Shown here piece after piece: positions 39,101-50,253 of a stretch of 64,000 bases of DNA. Positions within the stretch are counted from its first letter, which is position 1, and every line of letters begins with the position of its first letter. The stretch spans positions 290,942 to 354,941 of the forward strand of contig CAJFCJ010000009.1 in the NCBI GenBank assembly GCA_904063045.1, in the 5' to 3' direction. The notes under the pieces were generated by a model that saw only the letters and a program-made list of their open reading frames with translations, had not been told where the DNA came from and ran no database searches. Made by a program: the position numbers and the translations under genes. This DNA comes from Dimorphilus gyrociliatus. Its lineage: Eukaryota; Animalia; Annelida.

Positions 39101-40252
39101 AAAGCCATTATAAGCAAAATATATTAAAAAATATTCATCATTTAAAGAGTCTAGATAATAAAAAACTAACTGTAAGTTTAACTTAATTTCTTTGTAAAAT
39201 TGAAAGTGGGATTTATGAACATTATATTTATAGGAAGAAGAGAGAAGATTAGCTATGATAATGGCTAGAAAAGATGTTGAAAAGAAAAAGGAAACAAATA
39301 AAGTTGCCGCCTTAAAAGTAAACCTTGTTTAAATAATTATTCATTAAGTTTTCATTGAATTGTTTATATTTCAAAGGAGAGAAGAATGGTAGCTATTAAC
39401 AATGCTAAAAGACAATGGGAAATGATGCAGGGTAGTTTAATGGCTAAAACCAGCTCGCAAGTCAATTCTATAAAAGAAATTCATGCCACTCATGTAGGAA
39501 ATATACCTAATGAAGTTACTGAGACAAATCGACAACTCAAGTCTAGGTGAGTCAATTAATAATAAGAAATAAAACACTGAAACAATTATTGTTTAACAAC
39601 GTTTAATTTCTAAAAAGTAAATAGTTCAGAATCAGTGGCTTTTTTTTTTTAATTATGACAAACTTGCATGTGCTTTCGAAAACGAAAAGAAACATTGTGT
39701 AGAACAATTTTGTTTTAAAAAGGGCATATAAAACCGTCTAATTGATGTATATAGTATACAGTCACGATAATAAGTAATTAGTACAAAGAAAAAAGGTTTT
39801 ATAAGGTGATTATTTGGCGTTATATAATTTTCATTTGCCTTATCATATTAAATCTGTACATGAAGTCTTGGTTGAAGAACTGTAAAAGTTAATTAATTTG
39901 CTTCCTTTTTAGAGTTGGATTTTAGAAGGGCCTATTTTTCAACTCTTCCATTTCAACTTGTATTTGTGTAAAACCTTTTTGACATTAGACAATGATATCT
40001 GAATAGGCACAGTACAGTTTTGTAAAATTTCTTGTGCCGTCCAGTATGGTTTAAATCTTCATTTTTTTGTAATCCAAAATTCCATTTTCCTTGTTATTGC
40101 TTGTGATCTGGCAGATAATAACTCTTAATTGTAAGGTCATAGCAACTGTGTTAAAATTACTTAATGGCTTGTGAAATAATCTAGACCATAAACATTTTGG
40201 TCGTCAAAAAATTCACATGTTTATCCCTTGTTATAATTAGTTATTATCGTGA

Positions 40253-40286
<34 letters not shown>

Positions 40287-42847
40287 TGTATACTTGTTTA
40301 CATATACTGTATATATTTTTTTTTTGCATGCAATATTTTTCTATCATATATATTTCCAGTCTTCACGTCAATCAACAGAAAATGTTGAATCGAAGGTCAA
40401 TTCAACCTTTCAACGCTTTTAATGAAAGCTCCCTGTATATTCCTCGGTATACTTTAAAAAAAAATGAGAATTTTTTTTTATTTTCCCACAGAAAATGTTC
40501 TTTATTTATTTATTTATTACTCTTTTTTTAAATTATATGTTTCCATTTTTTTTCAGATAGATTTTATTCTATCTTTTACTTTGTGATTAGTGTTTTTTTT
40601 TATTAAGTCACGTTTGAACGATTTTTTTTGAAGGCACTTAAAAAGTTGTTTAGATTTATCGTTCTTTACGTTCAAGTTTTTATTTTGATTTACTCATTTA
40701 TCATTAATGACTTAAGGTGATTAGTGTTTTTTTCATTTTCCTTCTCCAGTCGTAGTAATAGCATTAGGCCTGCTAGCGCTAAATCCGTTGTTGAAAATAC
40801 TCAAAATGCAAACGGGACTGGCCTTTTAGAAAGTCGACCCTCTACTCGACCAGCTTCTTCAAATGCACATAGGACTAGTTCGAGGTTATTTTTCCAAACA
40901 ATTCCATTATTTATTTATAAAACAGTACTAATTTTGTTATTTTTTTAAATAGAGCACCGAATAGTTTAGATCACTTGGCTGAATTGGAAAATGAAAATAC
41001 TCTTAGTCTTTATGGTGCCGGAGCATTGGACGCTCTCGATAAGAATTGGGGTGTTCAAGCTGCTGGAGTAATTTCAACGATAATTTTCAAGTTCATAGAA
41101 TTTGATTGTATCATAAAACATCTTGGAAAGCTTCGCGCTCGTTATCCCTCAGTAACGGTGTGTTTTTTTAATTCACTAAGTAAATTATTATGGCTAGAGT
41201 GCTCTTATTTTTAATATTCATACAGAGTCTTATATTTACTGCGGCGAATATAAAAAACCTTGCTCAATTCAATGCCTTAGCTGTGCTTCGACGACTAGAT
41301 TCTATAACCATTGAAATAGAAGGTAATTCCGTCACGGAGTTTGTTTTGTGGAGGGCTTATCTACTATTTCGTTTGGCGCATTTGAACTTGAGGAAGATTA
41401 ATGATAAAGAGGTAAATTTTATGTTTCGTTAAGAGTACCAAGAAAGAATTTCTGTCAGGCAAGCAGGAAATTAATCGTCGGGGGTGATCGATTGAAACAT
41501 ATTTTAATGATGTTATCGATTTTGAATGTTTTTTAACCCCCAAGAACAGTGTCATTATTTAACGTACAAGTGGATTAGTGGCGCTCAATGATTTTGCATT
41601 GTATCGATTCGGTGGCCATTTACCTATTGCGACGCGCCACTGGCTCATTAAGCATGAACTTTTCGAAACAACGGCTGTAAAAAAAATGAGTTGCCAGACG
41701 ATATCATGCTTGCTAAAGATAAGGTGCCGCGCCTACCGCGCGAGGCGAAAGAGCGTATTTTGCAATTAAAGGAAAAAAGGATTAAAAAAGACCCGCAAGA
41801 AAATGAAAAGACTATTTCTAATCAAATTAAGCCTACTGACTATTACAGTAGACATGTTCTTAGACTGCAGGACTATTCTACGAAATGCCATAACAGCTTA
41901 GTAATGATTGGATCACCAACTCTTATGAAGAATAAATACGAAACTGAAACTGACAGTTGTGATTTAATGACATGGAGATCTTCTTTGAAAAAAGTTCCTG
42001 ATAAAATCCCTGTCATTCTGAAAAGAAATGACACAGTTGAACGATTAGTTTATGGTGATGAACCAGATAGAATGGCAAGTGCCAGACAGAGTAAAACAGA
42101 AGCTAAAGAAGAGAAACGAAATGAAAGAGCTCGTTCATGTTCTCCACTTCCTGCAGGACTTCCGGCTATAACTGTTCGAACTCCACCCGCTTGTAATCTG
42201 CCTTTAAGCGTCAAACCGGCTAACAATAAGGCCGATAAGTTGAGCATAATAGAACGCTTTTTGAAAGATTGTGAAATTCATAAGCGCTTTGAAAAGAAGG
42301 CCAAAAAAACGGTTAAAAAAAAAAACAACACTTAAGAAAGCTAATTTGTCTTTTATTACTCTGATAAAATAATGCATTTTTTTTATTTCAGGTTACGCCA
42401 ACAGATATTGTAAATGCTGAGAAGTACTTTAGCATGCTCTCTCATATGACCACAACTCAGTTATCCCACTCCAGACTGCTTTCATTGATAGGCGATCCAA
42501 GAAGAAAGCATTTGTCTTATACTGCTGACGAAAAGAGTCGCTTAGAAACTGTTCGGCAAATTGATAAACAACACCCGGGAGAGAGTGTATCTCGTGCAGC
42601 TTTAACATATGTAACGCAAGATGTCATTAGATCAAAATCGAAGGCCTGCAATACCCGAAAACGACTGGCACGATCTCTAGTGGCTGAGCTAACCGTTCAA
42701 GCAGTGAACATTCATCAAAAGCAGATGGCTCTTGAGCAAATTTGGCCTAGTATTATAAAGGAAATGATTCATAAAATAGTCGTTGAAGTTTCCCCCGATG
42801 TTCAGGGTTTTACAAAAAAGCAATTATCGGAAGTTGAAGGTCAATAG
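36130..42847 (+). CDS. LRRC49: Leucine-rich repeat-containing protein 49 (tubulin polyglutamylase complex subunit)
   Basis: DRLNLDR, LRLLNYQHN, LIFLDMYDN, LRVLMLGKNRI, LDVLDLHGNQI, LTLDGNPISQE, LYGAGALDALDKNWGVQAAG, LWRAYLLFRL, LSLIGDPRRK, LEQIWP. Confidence 0.92.
38705..38899 (+). CDS. Putative small ORF (64 aa) nested in LRRC49 intron 38305-39023
   Basis: Coding-like GC content in an otherwise AT-rich intron; starts ATG CCC ATG; no recognised domain. Confidence 0.3.
   Translation: MPMDQMFLTKDGLVCECSKRTVSTPPSCKLPPLPLRMYQQSKKVYPRPLRLFSQAKLSGLAFRL
40256..40285. repeat. (TA)n microsatellite
   Basis: About 15 TA units. Confidence 0.95.
41706..42335 (+). CDS. Uncharacterised 209 aa ORF nested on the same strand in the last LRRC49 intron (41412-42391)
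   Basis: Uninterrupted frame 41658-42335, first in-frame ATG at 41706, coding-like composition, GC-rich upstream patch at 41560-41700. Confidence 0.6.
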   Translation: MLAKDKVPRLPREAKERILQLKEKRIKKDPQENEKTISNQIKPTDYYSRHVLRLQDYSTKCHNSLVMIGSPTLMKNKYETETDSCDLMTWRSSLKKVPDKIPVILKRNDTVERLVYGDEPDRMASARQSKTEAKEEKRNERARSCSPLPAGLPAITVRTPPACNLPLSVKPANNKADKLSIIERFLKDCEIHKRFEKKAKKTVKKKNNT

Positions 42848-44033
42848 CAAAGGAAACAATACGTTTAATAAAAACCAATACATATTTATAACTAATTCGA
42901 TAAGAAAGTATAAAAGATTGATTTATTGAAAAGTTAATTGGAAAAAGCTGTAAAAAGGAGAGACATGTAAGAAATTATCTGATATCGTATTTATCTTAAA
43001 AGAACGGAGCCGATTTTTGTTAAAATTTAAAACTGAGGTGTTCGTCAAATAACTTTTTCACTTTATGAACGAAACTCTTAAATTATTAAGTTAAAAGTAT
43101 TTTTTTAAAAACTTTCCCATTCAAAAAGTATTAATAAATTACAGTATAACGATATATTTGTTTTCTATTCCACCATCTGTGTAAACAAAAGAACCAAGCA
43201 AAATCTTAAAGGATGCTTTTCAAGTTTTTCAACTTTGGTGTTGATTCAAAGATTATAAACAAAATTTTTAAGGGAACACATAATCAACACCAAAATGTTA
43301 TTTTGATATACAATACTTGTATTTTAGCATATTTAGTATTTTAAAGAAAACAATATACTAAAGTTAATTAAGTATGCATGTAAAACATTCTATCTTCTTT
43401 TAAAGGAAAACCGATAAACTAAACTGTTAACATACTTATATTCAAACTGAGAAAGAAAATCTTAAAATTCTATACGAACTGTTTGAAACCTTAATTTAAT
43501 ATTAAACATGTGTGTTTATTTAATAAAGTTAAGGTATTACAAGGCTAGCGGGATTTACAGCGTGATCACTCAAAATATTTGTCTTATTTAATTCTACCTT
43601 AAAAAATATAAACATATTTTCTTCGTAAAGAGATAGATTGAGAGAAAACGGCGACAATAACGATGAAAGTACTGATAAAGCTTGATTGACTGATAGTAAA
43701 AAGTGAAAATTCAACAAATACTATAAAAATTCATTTGTTTTACGTTTCATTAAGTAATATATTTTGGGAGTGTTTAAAGAAGAACGATTGTGATTGGTCT
43801 AGATAGTTTGAATTTTCATAGGACACTAACCTTATTGAAGCGATGTGAATTCCCTCCAAAAGGGTCGAAGGCAAAGTTGGGTTGTTATTTAAGTTCTCTT
43901 TTTAAAGCCAGTTATCATCCTATAACACAAATCAAACCTATCGAGGCCTCGATCGCGACAAATTTAAGCAAACGCTCGTGTATATATTTACTTTTGTTCC
44001 GAAAAAAGTGCTCTGCCTAGTTACTCGCTCAAC

Positions 44034-46736
44034 ATGGGACTCGAAGAAGCTTATCATTATCTTGGTAAATGGGGTAGATGGCAATTAATGATCTATTGTG
44101 TCCTCTGCTTAAGCTTTGGTTTGCCCGCAATTTGGCAATTAATGGCAATTGTTTTTATAGGTAAGTTACGTTGTTTTTTTATCTTCTTTGCGAAGAAACT
44201 CCATAAGTCGAAAAGAAGAAACTTTTCTTCCTTCTCCTTTTTTCAAAAAGAAACTTTTAACGTTAATAAGAAATGAAAAGATATTTTTTATATAAATCCA
44301 TTAAGAATTCAATGATGGTTTAAGATTTATGATATTTTTATGCAGCTTTCCGACCAACTATCTGACTTAATTGGTTCCTTATCTATTAGAATTAACGTGA
44401 AAAGTATTTAGGTTTAGGTAAATGTATATCTTTTTTTGATAGTTTAGCAATCAATTAGTGAATAGAAACCATTAATCATTCATTAATGAAGTTTAATATT
44501 ATACAATAAAAAAGATAAAGAACAGTGTACTCATTCAAAAAATTAAAATATTTGTTCTATTGAGAATTCTTTTGTTAGAATATCATAAAAAAAGAACTGA
44601 TTTTAGCATATTATTGTGAAAAATGTAATAAAACAAATTGGGTAATCCTGTTTCTTTATGCTGTTTATAATTTGTCCAGTACAACCCCGGCACTGGTGTA
44701 AGTTTAATTTCTTTTACAAATGTTTATTTATAGATTATACAAATGTTTAATCTAAAATTTGTGGCTTTGAACAAACATACAACTTTTACCCTTAATATAA
44801 TATGTTGATAACATTTTATGAACAGGGGTCATCAACCCGCACCATTGTAAAATTGATGGAAATTATACTGTTAAGCAAGCAATACCTCATGTCATCAACG
44901 ATCTAACTGATGAATTAGAACCGTCGTCCTGCAAAATATTTAAATATCCACTAAATTTTACTAATAATGATACGATTGGCTGCAATTCGTGGACTTATGA
45001 TCCTATTGGTTTCGATCCAAAAGGAACTATTACTATGGAATGGGACTTAGTCTGTGATAAGGATACCTACGTAGAGAATTCCCAGACGACATTTAACGTT
45101 GGAGTATGTTTAGGAGCTGTGCTATTTACTCCTTTTGCAGATAAATTCGGAAGGAAAAAATTATTCTTCATTTGTCAGTTTTTCATGAATGTCTTTGGAA
45201 TATGCATGTCTTTCTCTCCAAATTATGTGGCCTTCTGTATATTTCAATTTCTTACGGGAGCTCTATCTCAGGGTCTAACTATGACTGGATTTGTTATTGC
45301 CTGTGAATTATTTCCAACGGAATTAAGGTTTTATTAATAATTTTTTGGATAATTTATTAATGTTTGCTCTATTATGAATCATAGAACTTTCATGGCACCT
45401 GGAGCCTACTTGTTTACAGCAGCAGGAATGACTTCGCTTTCGCTTTGGGCCTATTTTCTACGGGATTGGAGAAAATTACAACTTTATATTTCCATACCAC
45501 CCTTCATATGTCTTCTCTTCTACTTGTATGTATAATTTACGTTCATATCCTTTCCTCTCTTCCATGCTAATTAGATGATGTATTAAGCTGGTGTCCCGAA
45601 TCTATTCGATTTCTTGTGGCGAATTATCGGAATGAGGAGGCTATGGTAATCTTAAAGAAAGCTGCAAAAGTAAATAATGTTGATCTACCCGACGATATTC
45701 TCGACGACAACGTACAAGCAGAATTAAAAGAAGGAGAGACAGATTTGAAGAAACCTTCCATGTTAAGACTATTAAAATCACCTCGACCAAGACGTTATAT
45801 GTTAACTATGCTTTTCTTAGTGTTTGTATACATTTTAATTCTTATTTATGTTCTAAAAGATGTATGTAATTCAAACTTCATGAATTTGTAGTTTATCGAA
45901 TAACCTCATGTACTTTGGACTTTCACTTTTAACGGCTGCTATGGAAGGAGATCGTTATATCAACTTTATGATAGTATCCGTTGTTGAAATTCCGAGTGTA
46001 ATAGTTGCCATAATTGCTTCCAACAAGCTTGGTAGAAAATATCCTCTAATGGGATTTCACTTGTTCTCTGCCATTTTTATGATACTTTCTTCTGTAGCAT
46101 CCCAATATTCTTGTATGGAAAAATAGTTCATATACAGTATATTCAAACATTCATTAAATAATTTAAATAATATACTTTTTTTCTAGTTGGAAGTCTAGAC
46201 AAGGGAAAGATGGTTACTACTTTTGCTCTTATTTCCAAGTTCGGCGTTGCGGGGGCATGGTGTATTGAGTTGGTCTATGCCCAAGAAATCTACCCAACCT
46301 TACTAAGAAGTACAGGCTTAGGAATCACAGCTGGATTCGGTTTTATTGGTGCCATATTAGCTCCCTACAGTGTCTATTTAGTAAGCTATGCATTTTTTAA
46401 ATAGTTAAAATAATATTTGATTTCTCTACTTTTTATTTTTAGTACAGAAAATATCTTTGGGTACCTGGAACAGTCTTTGGAATTTTGTCGTTCATGGCCT
46501 CCTTCCTAGTACTTTTAGAGCCGGAGACAATGGGTAGAGCACTTCCAGATACGGTAGAGGAAATAGAATCATGGACAATGTCAGTTTCAAAAGAAGAGAG
46601 AGAGCAATGGACAGCTAATAATAAGAAAAAGCTTGAAGACTATAAGCGAAAGAGAGAAGCTAGCAAGGAGAATGGACATCAAAATCCAGCTTTTGAGGAA
46701 GATAAAGAAATTGGAACTGATAATACTCGAATTTAA
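44034..46736 (+). CDS. SLC22: Organic cation transporter, SLC22 family
   Basis: LGKWGRWQL, TITMEWDLVC, ADKFGRK, VIACELFP, WCPESIRFL, YAQEIYPTLLRSTGLG, LEPETMGRALPDT. Confidence 0.93.
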
Positions 46737-47323
46737 CGATATTCCTCTCCGCCTCCACCCCCCTCCCCAACCCCTCCCCTTTTTAACATATAACACTTTT
46801 TAGGCTCGTTTTCAAACTCAACTATACTCTATAGATATTTTTGTAAAAGCTATATTACCTAAGTATATATTTGTTCATCCGAATGTTTATTATTTCGTCA
46901 ACTCTATTGATTCTCTACGAAATATATAGAAAAGAGAGTAAATTTACTTCGCTATTATCAAACTCTTCCCTCTTTACCTTTTGATCTATATCTTTCATAT
47001 TTCATCTAAATAAAATAAAACTTATCCAAAATATATTATTGTATATTTGTACTCCGTTAAATGTTTAATGTCTTTCTTTGCTTCCTATGTTTTTCTATTA
47101 TTTCGGATGAAAATGAGATTGTTTTATACGGCTTAACTAAAGAATAAACGGCAAATAAATATTTTACCCTTTTTTTGTTTCAATAAAGAAAAATATCAAT
47201 AACTATTTAGTTAAACTTATACAAAGAAAAAAAAAACAAAGATATAAGATAGAGGTCGTTAGTGATGAAAACTGTCAAATAAAACTTGGAAACAATCTAT
47301 AAACAAAAGTACTTTTTGCAAGG

Positions 47324-48908
47324 ATGGAGTTCGGTGACTGTATGAAAGATGTTTTAATGGTAAATGAAGATTATATTATGATAAATACAGGATCTTGGGG
47401 TATAGTTCCCAAAGATATCTTCAATCATAGAATGAAGTAGAGTATTATAACTTTTTTATGCGTCATATTATTTAATTCATACGTTTAACAGTCTAATTAG
47501 ACTTCAGGAAGAGAATCCTAGATATTTTTTTTGTGAGAAGCATTTCGAACTATACGAAAAAAATACAAGTCTTGTTGCTAACTTTGTGGGGGCCGATGAG
47601 AGAAATATTGGTAAAACATTCCAATATACTAATATTAATAAGTAGCTTATACAGTTAAAGCTTAAATATATATGTTTATAACAGTTTTAACAGACAATAC
47701 AACACACGGAATCAACAGCTGTTTAATATCCGTACCCCTTTCTGAAGGGGACGCTATTTTGGTAGCATTTACTTTCTTTACAAGATAATATCTAATTGCT
47801 ATATCCATATTTCTCCTCCTTTTCCAGGTTCATTCGTTCATCTATTTAGCTACTTTGAAAGCAACTGAGAAAATCGCTAAACAACGGGGTTTCAAAGTTC
47901 GAAATGTGGATATTAAACTGCCTATTAACGATGAAGAAGAGTTTGTTCAACTTTTCGAACAAAAGCTCGAAAACTTTCCAGATATAAAAATGGTCATCAT
48001 AGGTTTATATTTTAAAAAATAACTAAGCCAAAATGAATGTAATGCCTAACAATAACAACTTGAACTCTATTCAAAGATCACATTTCAAGTTCTGTACCAA
48101 TACTGTGGCCGGTTGAGAAATTAATGAAACTATTTAAAGATAGAAATATTATCGTTCTTATAGATGGTGCACACGGACCTGGACAAGTTTCTTTGAACTT
48201 AACAGAGCTCGACCCCGATTTTTATAGTGGTAGGATGAGTAATTCTTAAAGACAAAAAATGTCATTTAACTATTCAATGTAAAAACAATAGCAAGCCTGC
48301 ATAAATGGAATTTTGTTCCAAGAAGTTTCGGGATGTTGTACGTTAAGGAGAAGTATCATGAAGATTTTTATAATATTATAAGCGGCGCTCGTTATGATTG
48401 GAAACCATTTAGGAAACGATTCCAATACTTGTCAGCAAGAGATCAAACTAGCCTGTTTTGTTTTGAGAAATCGAGGGAATTTGTAGAAAAAGTCGGAGGA
48501 ATGGTATGATATAGTTTAATCAAAGATAATTTTTAATAAACCGTCTCGTTTCTCCCAAAGGATAATATTATAAAATACAATTCATCATTAATGAAAGCAG
48601 CAACAAAGATGTTAGTAGAAGCGTGGAACACAAGTTATTTACCAGTTCCCAATAGTATGATGGCTCCAAATATGTCCTTGATAAAATTGCCTTGTATGAA
48701 GAAATATCCAATTCCGGAAGAAGCTAAAGAAATTCTTTTTACAGACTATCCCGAATTGCTCTTTAAACTGAACGAAGAATTTCACATAAATACATCGGTA
48801 TTTTGTCTAAATGGCGAAGCTTGGATAAGAATTAGCAGCCAGATATTCAATTCTATGCATGAATATGAGAAATTACGGGATGTCATATTAACACTTTCAA
48901 ACGAATAA
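47324..48908 (+). CDS. PLP-dependent class V aminotransferase-fold enzyme (Egt2 hercynylcysteine-sulfoxide lyase / isopenicillin-N epimerase / L-cysteine desulfhydrase-like)
   Basis: INTGSWG, NTTHGIN, DHISS, IDGAHGPGQ (48163-48174 DGAH), SLHKW with the PLP lysine (48303-48305), RDQT; about 8 exons. Confidence 0.85.
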
Positions 48909-49063
48909 CTATGAATAACGTTAATCTTTCTTGATAGAGCTAATAGTTTTGTATTACTTTATAGCTTCCTCTCTAATAGCTTCTGATATCTTACTCTCTT
49001 CTTAAGAAAGTTCAATTGGATAGCAATTTTTCAATTATTAAATAAATACAAGTATTAACGTAT

Positions 49064-50125
49064 CTATCCATCAAAGGATCTAAATAGTTTTTGATAGTCT
49101 TCATAATCATCTATAGATACCATCTTCAATTTCATCCATTCAGTGTAATAGTAACCAGCCATTAGAAGAACTAATATGGTTACAACAGTTAAAATATTTG
49201 CTAGTTCGTGAAGAAGATAATCCTGACTCGCAATTCCTCCGTGAGGTTCTATTAAATATTCAACGCTTGATCCTGTGCAATTAAAACCTTGATATGGTGG
49301 TGGATTGTTACACAATCTAAATCTCTCTTTGTCATTCGATGCGCATGAATCTAAAGAACATCTATACCATTGGGACCATTGAGACCATCCGCCAGTTATT
49401 TTCTTCCAACAAACTGTATATGGTTTATCAGTCTCGCAACGCGTACTGCTAGTTTTTAGGCCTATATCTATAGTTAGGCATATAATCGAGTTGACTAACG
49501 TCTTCTTCCAGAAGACACCCGTACTGTAAATATCACCAACAACTTTTGCTAAATCCCTATCCAAAGTCTTATTCGGCGACCATATGTCAAATCCGTGAGA
49601 GTTACATATAGATTCAGCATCGTAATAATTGCGTTTTCCCGCCAAAATTAGGCATATATCATTAAAGCACGACGAAAGAAAAAATACACCTCCTATTTCT
49701 ATGTTTCTTTCATAAAATGGTGAAAAGAAAGTGTTGAAAATATCAAAAGATTTAATAAATAACTTATCAGTAGTCGAATTAAAATTATAACTACAAATAA
49801 TAGAATGTTGATAACATATTGTTATATTTGAAAGACGTCTATAAGTAACGCTTTTACAAAAATCTTGTTTTAAACACTCTTTCAGACAATCGTCAAGGTA
49901 TAAGAGTGACATTTTTCGCACTTTATCTTTCTTCTGATTTATACATATCGATTGAAATTTGAATATCTTAAACATACTAGTTTTTATACATTTACTTGAA
50001 TTATTAGTTGGTCTCCAACAACCAATTAATGGAGTTGTATCAATAAAATATAAGAAATCTATTAAAATAAAAAAAAATGAGTAAAAAATTGTCACCATAT
50101 TCAAAGAATTTAAAATTCTGTACAC
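49064..50125 (-). CDS. Single-pass membrane protein with PAN/apple-like, lectin-like and thrombospondin type-1 modules; intronless (likely ATG at 50098)
   Basis: Hydrophobic N-terminus, CLKECLKQDFCKSVTY, YYDAESICNSHG, GGWSQWSQW…C…C…ERFRLCNNPPP…C, C-terminal TM LANILTVVTILVLLMAGYYY. Confidence 0.75.
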   Translation of the reverse strand: MYRILNSLNMVTIFYSFFFILIDFLYFIDTTPLIGCWRPTNNSSKCIKTSMFKIFKFQSICINQKKDKVRKMSLLYLDDCLKECLKQDFCKSVTYRRLSNITICYQHSIICSYNFNSTTDKLFIKSFDIFNTFFSPFYERNIEIGGVFFLSSCFNDICLILAGKRNYYDAESICNSHGFDIWSPNKTLDRDLAKVVGDIYSTGVFWKKTLVNSIICLTIDIGLKTSSTRCETDKPYTVCWKKITGGWSQWSQWYRCSLDSCASNDKERFRLCNNPPPYQGFNCTGSSVEYLIEPHGGIASQDYLLHELANILTVVTILVLLMAGYYYTEWMKLKMVSIDDYEDYQKLFRSFDG

Positions 50126-50253
50126 GTCACAATCGTTTAACTGCTAATCCTTATCTTGAAAGGTAAATTTCAGTTGGGTGGATCTATATGGAATTTTGTT
50201 CTCCTATATCTTCTTAAACTCTGTTAAAGCAAAACATAACGTTCTTTTTAAAA

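Noticed and set aside
39850-40250. Coding-looking minus-strand stretch in a long LRRC49 intron
   Set aside because: Frames are broken by stops every ~20-45 codons and no domain was recognised; at most a decayed element
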